Shown here piece by piece: positions 45,927 through 54,571 of a stretch of 64,000 bases of DNA; within the stretch, counting starts at the first letter, position 1; the number at the start of each line of letters is the position of its first letter. The notes under the pieces are model-generated. The model had not been told where the DNA came from, ran no database searches, and saw only the letters and a list, made by a program, of their open reading frames with translations. Both the position numbers and the translations under genes were made by a program. Source of the DNA: a virus (Duplodnaviria; Caudoviricetes); the IMG/VR virus record IMGVR_UViG_3300020037_009644, positions 32,001 through 96,000 of that record; one strand, written 5' to 3'.

Positions 45927-46553
45927 TTATTTGAGTTTTGCCGGAACTCCGATATAAATTCCAGCAGCGTTAATGCTTTTGACGACACAAGCTCCCGCTC
46001 CAATGGTGGCTCCTGAGACGATATTGACCTTCTGAATGGTGCTTGAGTTAATTCCAAAGTAGACCCGGTCTCCTATTCTATTGTTTCCGGCAATGGCAAC
46101 CTGCGGTGCAGTGGTAAAATAGTCTCCACAAATTGTGTCGTGTCCAATTGTCGTTGTTAGATTTAATTGGGTAAAATTGCCCAGCTTGATATTGGTCGTA
46201 ATCAAAGAATTATGACAAATAACGGATCCATATCCAACCGAGGAGCCGTCTCCAATATATGCCGATGGGTGAATGACCTTTGGAAAAAGATTGTTAAGCT
46301 CTTTGTCATTTTGAGGTTTAACGAAATCAATTAATGATTTTGCTATTTTTTCTCTCAGAAAGGGATCTCCAAAAGCGATGACAGCCATATCTCCTTTTTT
46401 AAAGACATCTTGGGTAAAAACCGGCTTACCCATAAAATTAGGTCTTGAAACCAAATCAATAAAAGCAACTGGAGTTGGAAGCAAGGTATCCCTTATCATC
46501 CAATTAACCTCGGAGGCGAAACCTCCAGCTCCGAAAATATAAAGATCACTCAT
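45927..46553 (-). CDS. NeuD/PglD-type sugar acetyltransferase
   Basis: IFGAGG.A.E, F.D, IHPSA, GHD, hexapeptide repeats, GAG..V, G.PA. Confidence 0.88.
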   Translation of the reverse strand: MSDLYIFGAGGFASEVNWMIRDTLLPTPVAFIDLVSRPNFMGKPVFTQDVFKKGDMAVIAFGDPFLREKIAKSLIDFVKPQNDKELNNLFPKVIHPSAYIGDGSSVGYGSVICHNSLITTNIKLGNFTQLNLTTTIGHDTICGDYFTTAPQVAIAGNNRIGDRVYFGINSSTIQKVNIVSGATIGAGACVVKSINAAGIYIGVPAKLK

Positions 46554-47449
46554 GGCAGAGGTAAGTTTTCCTGAATGATTTTGAAGATAACTTCGGGGTT
46601 ACTAAGATGTTGATTGAAAATTTTAGATTTGTAGATTAGCTTCTGATCAAAAAGATCGTTGAGCCAAAATTGTCGATGATAAGAAAGATTAGAGAAAGAT
46701 AAAAAGTTTTGACCAACTTCGAAAAAATTATTTCGGTTCATGGCGAAGGTAAATGAACCAGATGATCTCCCGACAACCAAATTAGATTTGGTGGTTAAAT
46801 AAGCATTTTCGTTGAGATCAAATCCGGATTTTCCTATGATGTCTTGGCTATAAAAAACATTTTCTTGACTTTTGATCGAGGGGTCTTTGTTTGAGATAAT
46901 AAAACAAAGCTGCGGATATGATGAAGACAGAAGATTAATAATTGGAGCAAATGAAAAATTGGAGGCTTGACCAGAAAGAACATTGCCATTAGAGATAAAG
47001 ACTTTTCTTTCTGAATGACAAGCAATCCAAGAATCAGTATTTACGAGATCAAATTTGGACCAATCGGAAAATCCAGGATAAAAATCTAACGGATTATCGG
47101 AAATGTCAGTAAGAGATGTCTCGAAGTTAGATTTGAGAACTTCATCAAAAGCTGCATAAAGACAATCAAAAGATATTCCAAATCTATTCATAAACCTAAA
47201 GGTATCAGCAGCATACCAGGTATTCCAATACAACACGTCATCTTTTTTGAAAAAGAGCGGCTCGGTCGGACAGCTTTGAACAAGATCTCGATCAAAGCCA
47301 AGGTTGGTGATGTCTTTGAGAACCTCAGGATGATTTTTGTGAGAATAGACAAAAGTGTGCTCTGGAAAATGTTGAACAATCTTGGACACCAAAGATCTTG
47401 AAAGATGGATGTCTCCAAGGTGGAAGTGATTATAGAAAACAATTTTCAT
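46550..47449 (-). CDS. Hypothetical protein, possible glycosyltransferase
   Basis: H.GD...SR, SGQ, DLNE, VGR.SG. Confidence 0.45.
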   Translation of the reverse strand: MKIVFYNHFHLGDIHLSRSLVSKIVQHFPEHTFVYSHKNHPEVLKDITNLGFDRDLVQSCPTEPLFFKKDDVLYWNTWYAADTFRFMNRFGISFDCLYAAFDEVLKSNFETSLTDISDNPLDFYPGFSDWSKFDLVNTDSWIACHSERKVFISNGNVLSGQASNFSFAPIINLLSSSYPQLCFIISNKDPSIKSQENVFYSQDIIGKSGFDLNENAYLTTKSNLVVGRSSGSFTFAMNRNNFFEVGQNFLSFSNLSYHRQFWLNDLFDQKLIYKSKIFNQHLSNPEVIFKIIQENLPLP

Positions 47450-48042
47450 CGGTGGTCAAGATCCGTGGGGTGAACTGGAAGATATGGACCAGGAACCAAA
47501 AATTTGCTTGATTGATCGTAATTTCTTAATCCGGTAATATGATGATGATATGATTTAATCGTCTTTGATGGGTTGGAAACTTTGTATCCATGATCGTGGA
47601 AAATTCGACAAATGCGATTATCAGATCCTCGAAATCCAAGAACGAATTCACTATCTTTGATAACCTCGTCGGATACTCTTCCTCGCCAGATAAAAGAATC
47701 TTGACTATCGGCGCGACCCATAAAAACGGCAGAGCTTGTTTGCAAATTAGATTGAAGATCCCAACGAGTTAGACACCAAGCTTCGTTGGATTCAAGATGT
47801 TTGGTTAATTGAATTGATTCATCGAAAAAAATATCTGAGTTAGCTATGATATTGATATCATTGGAGCCCGTCATCTTGTTTGCCATTCTAAAGAAATGAG
47901 AAAATAAGATGCGGTCTTGACCTTCAATAATAACAACGTCGATCAATTTATTTTTGTAGTTCTGAATAAAACAATGATCGATTTCTTTTTGCCTCTCAGA
48001 ACTTTTGTCTTGATAATAATTGACGAAAAGATTAATTTTCAT
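47446..48042 (-). CDS. Hypothetical GT-A-like protein
   Basis: R..E...C, IANSDIF.D, L.RW, SQD.., G.DN. Confidence 0.5.
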   Translation of the reverse strand: MKINLFVNYYQDKSSERQKEIDHCFIQNYKNKLIDVVIIEGQDRILFSHFFRMANKMTGSNDINIIANSDIFFDESIQLTKHLESNEAWCLTRWDLQSNLQTSSAVFMGRADSQDSFIWRGRVSDEVIKDSEFVLGFRGSDNRICRIFHDHGYKVSNPSKTIKSYHHHITGLRNYDQSSKFLVPGPYLPVHPTDLDHR

Positions 48043-49019
48043 AGGAGATTTAACATTTCTAGAAGCTCAATTACCCTGGTCTCGTAGGTGTGTTGAGATT
48101 TCACTTTCAAATATCCATTATAACCTATTTCGTTGGCAAGGTCAGGATTTTTGATGCACATGTTAACCTTAGAAATGACCTCCTCAACGGAGTTAGCGAT
48201 TAAAATATCCGAATTATCAGAAAAGTAATTTTGATAATTGGGAAAACGATAAGAGATAACGGGTCTCCCAGACGCCATACAGGTCAATAAACGATCAGAG
48301 AAATAAGAAGAAACATCGTTGTAGTTCGACATCGAGAAGATACAACGGGTCGTATTGTAAACAGAGTTGACTCCCGAGCCGACCAAACTCTTGGTGACCT
48401 GCATGTTATTTGAGTAACCTCTGCCATAAATGGCGAAACGGCTGCCCATTTTTTTCTTAAGCTCCAAAATAAATTTCGTCCTTAGCCCGGCATCGGCAAA
48501 CGAATTGGCTGCATAATAATTTCCGGCAAAGCACAAATCGTGAGTAAATTCTTTTTTATATTGAGGAAAAAAGAGCTCTGGATCGTAGCCGATTTGCCAA
48601 TATTTGATATTTTTACAGCCGGCTTGTTTATACATTTCTAGTTGACCGACGCTAGAGATCAAAGAGACATCCATTGATTCAGAAATTGAAACCATTTCTT
48701 TGGATGCGGTATTTCTAACGTCTCCGCTCCAGTTGGTAAAAATACATTTCTTACCAACAATCGTTGATTTGGCTCGAATCAAAGAATTATTATCAAGAAT
48801 GTTGGTCATTTGCAATTGCATATGAACAAGGTCTGGCTGAAAGTCTCGAACAATGTTGATAAATTCTTGACGGACGGTGTTAACCGATCCAGATTTCTCA
48901 AAGAGATTGTAAAAATCAAATATTCTCAAGTTTACATTTGGAATATTATTAAAAGCTCGATACATTCCCTCTTGAATATTTCCAGAATAATTCAACGGCA
49001 AATAAAGAATTTTGATCAT
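48039..49019 (-). CDS. Glycosyltransferase, CgeB/Glyco_trans_1_2-like
   Basis: FAGN, R, SDR....ASG, I...G...V...HTY..R. Confidence 0.75.
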   Translation of the reverse strand: MIKILYLPLNYSGNIQEGMYRAFNNIPNVNLRIFDFYNLFEKSGSVNTVRQEFINIVRDFQPDLVHMQLQMTNILDNNSLIRAKSTIVGKKCIFTNWSGDVRNTASKEMVSISESMDVSLISSVGQLEMYKQAGCKNIKYWQIGYDPELFFPQYKKEFTHDLCFAGNYYAANSFADAGLRTKFILELKKKMGSRFAIYGRGYSNNMQVTKSLVGSGVNSVYNTTRCIFSMSNYNDVSSYFSDRLLTCMASGRPVISYRFPNYQNYFSDNSDILIANSVEEVISKVNMCIKNPDLANEIGYNGYLKVKSQHTYETRVIELLEMLNLL

Positions 49020-51142
49020 GGACAGCCTTTACCGCAAAAGAATTCAGAGAATTTAGATATTAGCTCGGACTCTGAGGTTTCTTTTCGTTTTCCTTTGGTT
49101 TTGTTTGGCAAGATGTGGGCGAGATTAAATAAGATGTCTGTATTAAAAACCACCCCATTAATTTGATCAAGCTCACAAGAAAGATAAGCATGAGATTTTT
49201 CTAAATATTCTGAATTACTGGTAATTATTGGAACGTTCATGCCGATTGCCAAATCATTAATGGATGATTTAGAATTAATCAAATCAAGATCAAGGAGTCC
49301 GGCAGAATTAAGAATCAAAGACGAAATCTTCGACCACGGCAAGAATTCGGATATCTTCTTGACGAAAATGGGTCCGTCTAAATTAGATCCAACGACACAA
49401 AGATTTGGCATGGTTGTTTGCCAAAGATCAAGAAGAGCCCTGGTTACTAATTCATTTTTCTCGAAATAAACAAGGTAATTTTCTTTAATTGATGATTCCT
49501 TGGCGTCAGGGGCTAAAATTGGCTTGGAAAGATAATCAATTGTTAGATCGTGATTTAGCCTGTCTTTTAGATAGAAAAAATTCGCTCTTGATCCAACAAC
49601 TATTCTTTTTCCTTGGTTAAGGATAGCTATGATTTCTTTTTTCAATTCAACCTTGGAGTCCCAGGGATCTAGATAAAGATTATCATGAGGTTTTTTAAGA
49701 GATGTAATACTAGAGAATAAGAAGTTGGATTTTTCATTTGGTTCAGAAAATGAAACGCCTCCCCAAAATGAATTCTTAGAATCTTTGACCCTGATTCCTT
49801 TAACAAAGGGCAGATTTTTAACAATCCATTGTTTACCAGAGAATGTATCGGATTCAATAATTGAATTGAATTCAAAGAGATGATTTTGAGGATCCAAAGA
49901 AAACTTGGTTGACTTACGCGTGCTCTCTCGCACGTCGGCTTGCGGATAAACGGAACCATGTTTGACAGACCCTTTGGTCATCTCTTTAATCAAAGCAAAT
50001 CGATTGACCGTTGGCAAATCTTCTAGAACAACAATTTGTTTGATCAGAATTTCTCCAACACAATCTTCAAGCATGTGTATTTGAAGCTTGGGTGAACTAT
50101 AGCTGACTGGCAGAGTTAACTGAATACTCTTGTTTAAGAATGTTGAATCTATCGTAGCACTAGAAAATTGAGATTGATTATCTGAAGAAAATCCGACATA
50201 TAATCTTCCGTTGCCAGATAATTTCTGAGCGGTCAAAATAACAATATAGCTTCCACCTTTTCTCAATTCAGAGAAAGGAATGTCAAAAGATCCACCTTTT
50301 TTGATAGCAATGAAGTGTTGATTGTTGCTATTTAAATGCTTGGTTAACTTGTTATTAGAATTGAGATGAATTTTATCCAATGATTTTTTTGAATCATAAA
50401 TAACAAGCTGAGAATAGCTTCCGTGATGAACCAAGGAATCATTTTGAGATATTGGTGCTATTGATGTTTTTTGCAATGTCTTTGTAAGATCAAATGAATA
50501 AGGTTTGTTTAAAACTGGAGCTGGCGGCTCTTCTCGATGCTGAATTATTGCCGAGGTTTTAGAGAGAAGTTCTGACGAAGCCTTCAAATGAATTATTTCA
50601 CAACCAACGTGAAATACGAGCTCTCCATTAACTATAGCGACAGCATTGTCTGGAATGGTTTTTATCTCTTCAACAAATTTTGCCTCTGCAAACTTGGCAC
50701 CCTCAACTGCGTAGACCTTATTTCCAAGGAGTTTGATTCCTTTAAAATCTCCACACCGGTTTATGATAGCCTTCCAATTATTAGCCATATGATCTTTTTC
50801 GTTCAATGATTCTGTCGGAGAGTCTAAAGAGAAGCCGACAATTGAAATTTCTCCCAGACTCCCAGAGGGTCTAGAAATTTCTATTTTGTTGTCGTTGTAA
50901 ATAACCGGAATTACCTCTGTATCTTTGGAATAACACGTTAGTTTTTGTCCGTTTACTTCAAAAACACCGTTACCCGAATTCTTTTTGACGTGGAGATTGA
51001 TATTCTCGGTGACCATTGCTGGTAAAACGAACACAACCTTCCCTTGCTTGGACTCGAGGCAGTATCCACCATTTTTAATAGAGCAGGCAAAAGAAGAATG
51101 ATGTAATTTAACCAGGTCTTTGCCAAAAAAGTTAACTGTCAT
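49016..51142 (-). CDS. Large hypothetical protein with duplicated K.SGNG beta domain and a possible degenerate GT-B C-terminus
   Basis: LHVKKNSGNG and LTAQKLSGNG repeats; LA....VPII near the C-terminus. Confidence 0.5.
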   Translation of the reverse strand: MTVNFFGKDLVKLHHSSFACSIKNGGYCLESKQGKVVFVLPAMVTENINLHVKKNSGNGVFEVNGQKLTCYSKDTEVIPVIYNDNKIEISRPSGSLGEISIVGFSLDSPTESLNEKDHMANNWKAIINRCGDFKGIKLLGNKVYAVEGAKFAEAKFVEEIKTIPDNAVAIVNGELVFHVGCEIIHLKASSELLSKTSAIIQHREEPPAPVLNKPYSFDLTKTLQKTSIAPISQNDSLVHHGSYSQLVIYDSKKSLDKIHLNSNNKLTKHLNSNNQHFIAIKKGGSFDIPFSELRKGGSYIVILTAQKLSGNGRLYVGFSSDNQSQFSSATIDSTFLNKSIQLTLPVSYSSPKLQIHMLEDCVGEILIKQIVVLEDLPTVNRFALIKEMTKGSVKHGSVYPQADVRESTRKSTKFSLDPQNHLFEFNSIIESDTFSGKQWIVKNLPFVKGIRVKDSKNSFWGGVSFSEPNEKSNFLFSSITSLKKPHDNLYLDPWDSKVELKKEIIAILNQGKRIVVGSRANFFYLKDRLNHDLTIDYLSKPILAPDAKESSIKENYLVYFEKNELVTRALLDLWQTTMPNLCVVGSNLDGPIFVKKISEFLPWSKISSLILNSAGLLDLDLINSKSSINDLAIGMNVPIITSNSEYLEKSHAYLSCELDQINGVVFNTDILFNLAHILPNKTKGKRKETSESELISKFSEFFCGKGCP

Positions 51143-52146
51143 TCTTGCGGACTTATTTCGTGAATGATATCGTCCAAAGTCAATTTCAACCTCCCAAATT
51201 GTTTAATGAAATGCTTTTGTTCGGCGACCCAGGGAACTCTTTGACTTAGCTTGTTTCTTTTAGATGATTCGTGTCCAAATATTTTGGCTTTTTGCGAATA
51301 AGCCATCCCCAGCTGCAAGAAATCTATTTCGTTAGAGAACAAATATGAGGCTTTGCCAACCAAGAAAAGAAAATCACATATGGTGAACTTAAGAAATTTG
51401 AAGATATTGCTATTGGAAAATAGCCCCATTTCTTTATCCATAATAATTGGAGTTATCCCCTGACTATGTAAAAAATGAGCTAACGAAGAAATTTCCGCAA
51501 AGCTCAAATCGAAATAATTTTCGGGGTTGCTAGAATATCCCATTTTGGATGGAAGAATTAAAGCAAATGGAAATCCGGAAAGCCAGGGGTTTATTTTGTA
51601 AGATTTACCCATCTCATCTAGTTCAGGAGATGGTTTGCGTGGAAAGTATTTTAATTGGGGAAAGTACTTACTTTTCCATGGGAACAAGAAATTCTTAGAA
51701 ATAATCTGCCACGATGGTTTATCTTGGTTTTCAATCTTAAACCCAAAAATATTGCGACAAACTTCCATGTTGAACTCTAGATTAAAAATTGGATTCTTTC
51801 CATCTAGAGTAAAAAGTGGAGATGGATATAGATCGGTAAGAATTTTTTGATTATCAAATTTGTAGTCAAAACCCATCATGTCGACGATGTCTTTGTGATG
51901 ATGCGGAAAAAATCCAACGATGTCTTTTGATAATCTTTGTTCTTTGAGATATTCAAAGATGGAACAGGCAAATAAAGTTTCCCATAATCCTTGTTGAATT
52001 GTAAATCCAACAATCTTTGAATTTGTAAGAATTCTTTTTATATCTTCGCTTGATGAAGACGCAATTAGTCTATCGTCTTTAACTTTCCAAGATTGGAATG
52101 GACAAAACGGATACCTAAGTTCTTTTAGATCCTGATCTTTTTTCAC
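51139..52146 (-). CDS. Hypothetical protein
   Basis: 335-aa ORF in the sugar cluster. Confidence 0.55.
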   Translation of the reverse strand: MKKDQDLKELRYPFCPFQSWKVKDDRLIASSSSEDIKRILTNSKIVGFTIQQGLWETLFACSIFEYLKEQRLSKDIVGFFPHHHKDIVDMMGFDYKFDNQKILTDLYPSPLFTLDGKNPIFNLEFNMEVCRNIFGFKIENQDKPSWQIISKNFLFPWKSKYFPQLKYFPRKPSPELDEMGKSYKINPWLSGFPFALILPSKMGYSSNPENYFDLSFAEISSLAHFLHSQGITPIIMDKEMGLFSNSNIFKFLKFTICDFLFLVGKASYLFSNEIDFLQLGMAYSQKAKIFGHESSKRNKLSQRVPWVAEQKHFIKQFGRLKLTLDDIIHEISPQE

Positions 52147-52214
52147 AAACCCGAACTTTCACCTCATAAATAATGACGGCTCCAAAAAGGTAAAGCCCAA
52201 ATAAATACGAACAT

Positions 52215-53321
52215 TTACGCAGCATCGCAAAGCTCCATGATTTTAAATGTTACATCATCCCAAGAATACCCGGGAGGATTGAAAAATGGTTTAAATTTGG
52301 ATAAAAGAAATTCTATATTGTTGTAACAATACCTAAGTGTATCGACAGCCAAATCAATATTTGCAGAGAAGATTGCGTTTTGTGGACTTCCTTGGTAATA
52401 TTGCATATTGAGAGGGGCTTTGACAAGTTTGCCATCAATTAGAAGAGAGTTATTATCGTTGCAAAAATCCAAATGCCCACCATACCGAGGAGCAATGACA
52501 ACGTTGTTACAATAAAGTCCGTCGAGAGCCGGAATGTAAAAAGCTTCAGCATAGGTTAGGGTATAAATGACCTGACAAGATTTATGAAGAGAATAGATGC
52601 TTGGAACAAAAGAGTCGATTAATTCTATTTCTGGTCGATTAGGATAAAGCGAGTTTAAATCCTTGATGATCTTATGAACGTCTACCTCGAAGGCTTGAGT
52701 TATTTTTTTAGAAGAAGAGAGCCGAGCAACGAGACAAACATTATCATTGCTCGTAAATGCTTTGTAAAAAGCTTCAATGGCGTCTCGAATTCTTTTTCGA
52801 GTATGGGGTTGCCCGATAACCATTAAGAATTTGACTTCTTTTTTGGTTTTTAGCGGATATGGTTCGGCAGAGGCAATCTCGGCAAGATCGACGCCGTGAG
52901 GAATTACCTTAAGCTTGCTTTCAGGGACCCCAGATGAAATAAAAATATCTTTGGCAAATAATGATGGCGGAAGAATCAAATCTACGTATTGATCGCCAGA
53001 GCAATATTTGACGAAATTGGTTGGAATATTGGGAGCAAATTCGTAGCACCAAATCCCGAATCGATTTTTAGTTCCAGAAGAAAGGTAATTTGGATAGTTC
53101 AGCGGAGCTGTATAGCTGATCTGACAATCGTAAACTCCAGAAGGCTTGTCTCGAAGATATGGTTTAAGATCTTCGCTTAGAAAACATTGCTCTACGCCAT
53201 CGGTTGAAATCAGATCAAGATTATGACCTGATTTAATCATCGAACGAGCTAGATTTTTAGCGACGACGCTCCAGCTGTGATTTTTTCCAAAGAGGAATTG
53301 TTGGATTTTGATTCTTGACAA
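52215..53321 (-). CDS. Glycosyltransferase (GT-B, family 4-like)
   Basis: PS.F....F...G, PHGVD, RK......AF, EAF.IP.LD, GG..DF. Confidence 0.82.
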   Translation of the reverse strand: MSRIKIQQFLFGKNHSWSVVAKNLARSMIKSGHNLDLISTDGVEQCFLSEDLKPYLRDKPSGVYDCQISYTAPLNYPNYLSSGTKNRFGIWCYEFAPNIPTNFVKYCSGDQYVDLILPPSLFAKDIFISSGVPESKLKVIPHGVDLAEIASAEPYPLKTKKEVKFLMVIGQPHTRKRIRDAIEAFYKAFTSNDNVCLVARLSSSKKITQAFEVDVHKIIKDLNSLYPNRPEIELIDSFVPSIYSLHKSCQVIYTLTYAEAFYIPALDGLYCNNVVIAPRYGGHLDFCNDNNSLLIDGKLVKAPLNMQYYQGSPQNAIFSANIDLAVDTLRYCYNNIEFLLSKFKPFFNPPGYSWDDVTFKIMELCDAA

Positions 53322-53884
53322 GATTGAGCTCCGGTGCCATTAAAGGCGGAACTCAACTTTTTGCCGATGGGCAGCTTAAACATGATGCCGCCAAGTCGCG
53401 AGCCTCCCCAAAAACTCACCTGGGTGTGCTCAGCTGAAACTGGAGGAAAATTCAAAGAGAAGTTCCGGTCTTTTTGACTAGAGCTATAACTCAATGTCAG
53501 ATGAGGAATGAATTCGGGGTAATCTTTTGAGAACTCAAAACCGGCTTCAAGAAGAGCTTTCTCAAGCCCGTTCTGAAAAGAAATCAAATAGGGAGTCTGA
53601 AACTTGACGATAATCGGAATTCCTTTTTCTCCAGCAATTTCTTGAGGTATCGCCGAATCTTTGGGAAAAGTGCCCACCTCGTCCATAATGGTGTCGAAGG
53701 GGCGCTGTTTCTCCAGATAGGCAGCTGTGACCTCCATCAGCCGAGCGACCTCGCCAATCGGCAATTTTGGAAGATAGGAGAGGGTCACGTGGTAGCTCTC
53801 GGGATGGGTTTTCTTACCGGGGACCGGAAGTCCAAAAAGCACCTCAGCAACTTTCGGGGGGACGGTTAAACAAAGAATTGACAT
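53249..53884 (-). CDS. 2H phosphoesterase (2'-5' RNA ligase/Acb1-like superfamily)
   Basis: Two HxT motifs, YHVTL and PHLTL; ATG 53884 overlaps the ligase stop. Confidence 0.8.
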   Translation of the reverse strand: MSILCLTVPPKVAEVLFGLPVPGKKTHPESYHVTLSYLPKLPIGEVARLMEVTAAYLEKQRPFDTIMDEVGTFPKDSAIPQEIAGEKGIPIIVKFQTPYLISFQNGLEKALLEAGFEFSKDYPEFIPHLTLSYSSSQKDRNFSLNFPPVSAEHTQVSFWGGSRLGGIMFKLPIGKKLSSAFNGTGAQSCQESKSNNSSLEKITAGASSLKI

Positions 53885-54552
53885 TATTCCCAGTATCCTT
53901 TCCAATCATCTTTGAAATGGTTTTTCAATTTTTCCATATATGAATTTGTTTTAACCTTGCAAACAGATTGGTATTTTCCATAGCCTTTGCAAACAACACC
54001 CTCGACAACGTCGAAATTACCTTTCCTAACGTCTTCTACAAAAGAGCCATTGAATTTTCCTTGATAGATGACTCTCGCCGATCGGCAATCTTTAGCAACA
54101 TTAACAAAAATATCTGGGGATAGATACGTTTCTAGAATTTTTTCTTCTTGATTTTTCAACAAAATGAGATCAATTAAAACAACATCATGACTTGATCTTG
54201 GATTATGTTGTCCGGCAAAAGAGTCTTTTCCGAAATATTCGAAGACAAAACGAACATTGTCATAATGATTCAAATTGCACTTTTGCAATCTTGTCAAAAT
54301 TAGATCTCCATAATTCTTGAGATATTCCCAGATATAGTCTCCAGCCCACTTAATTTCCGGATGAATATTGGAAAACTCACTTTTGAAAAAATAATCATGT
54401 AAAGGATAATCCGAACGAGTTCCATACATGAAATTTTTTGGATTTTCAAGATCATGTTCGGCAACCAAACACGTCCCATCATATTTTTCGAACGCAATAA
54501 ATTTGTCCATCATTATTTCAAATGATGATGGAATTTTGCAATAGTTTTTCAT
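53884..54552 (-). CDS. ATP-dependent RNA ligase-like nucleotidyltransferase
   Basis: Motif I EKYDG, EYFG, EGVVCK, KVKT. Confidence 0.75.
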   Translation of the reverse strand: MKNYCKIPSSFEIMMDKFIAFEKYDGTCLVAEHDLENPKNFMYGTRSDYPLHDYFFKSEFSNIHPEIKWAGDYIWEYLKNYGDLILTRLQKCNLNHYDNVRFVFEYFGKDSFAGQHNPRSSHDVVLIDLILLKNQEEKILETYLSPDIFVNVAKDCRSARVIYQGKFNGSFVEDVRKGNFDVVEGVVCKGYGKYQSVCKVKTNSYMEKLKNHFKDDWKGYWE

Positions 54553-54571
54553 TTCTTACTCTAATTTTGTT

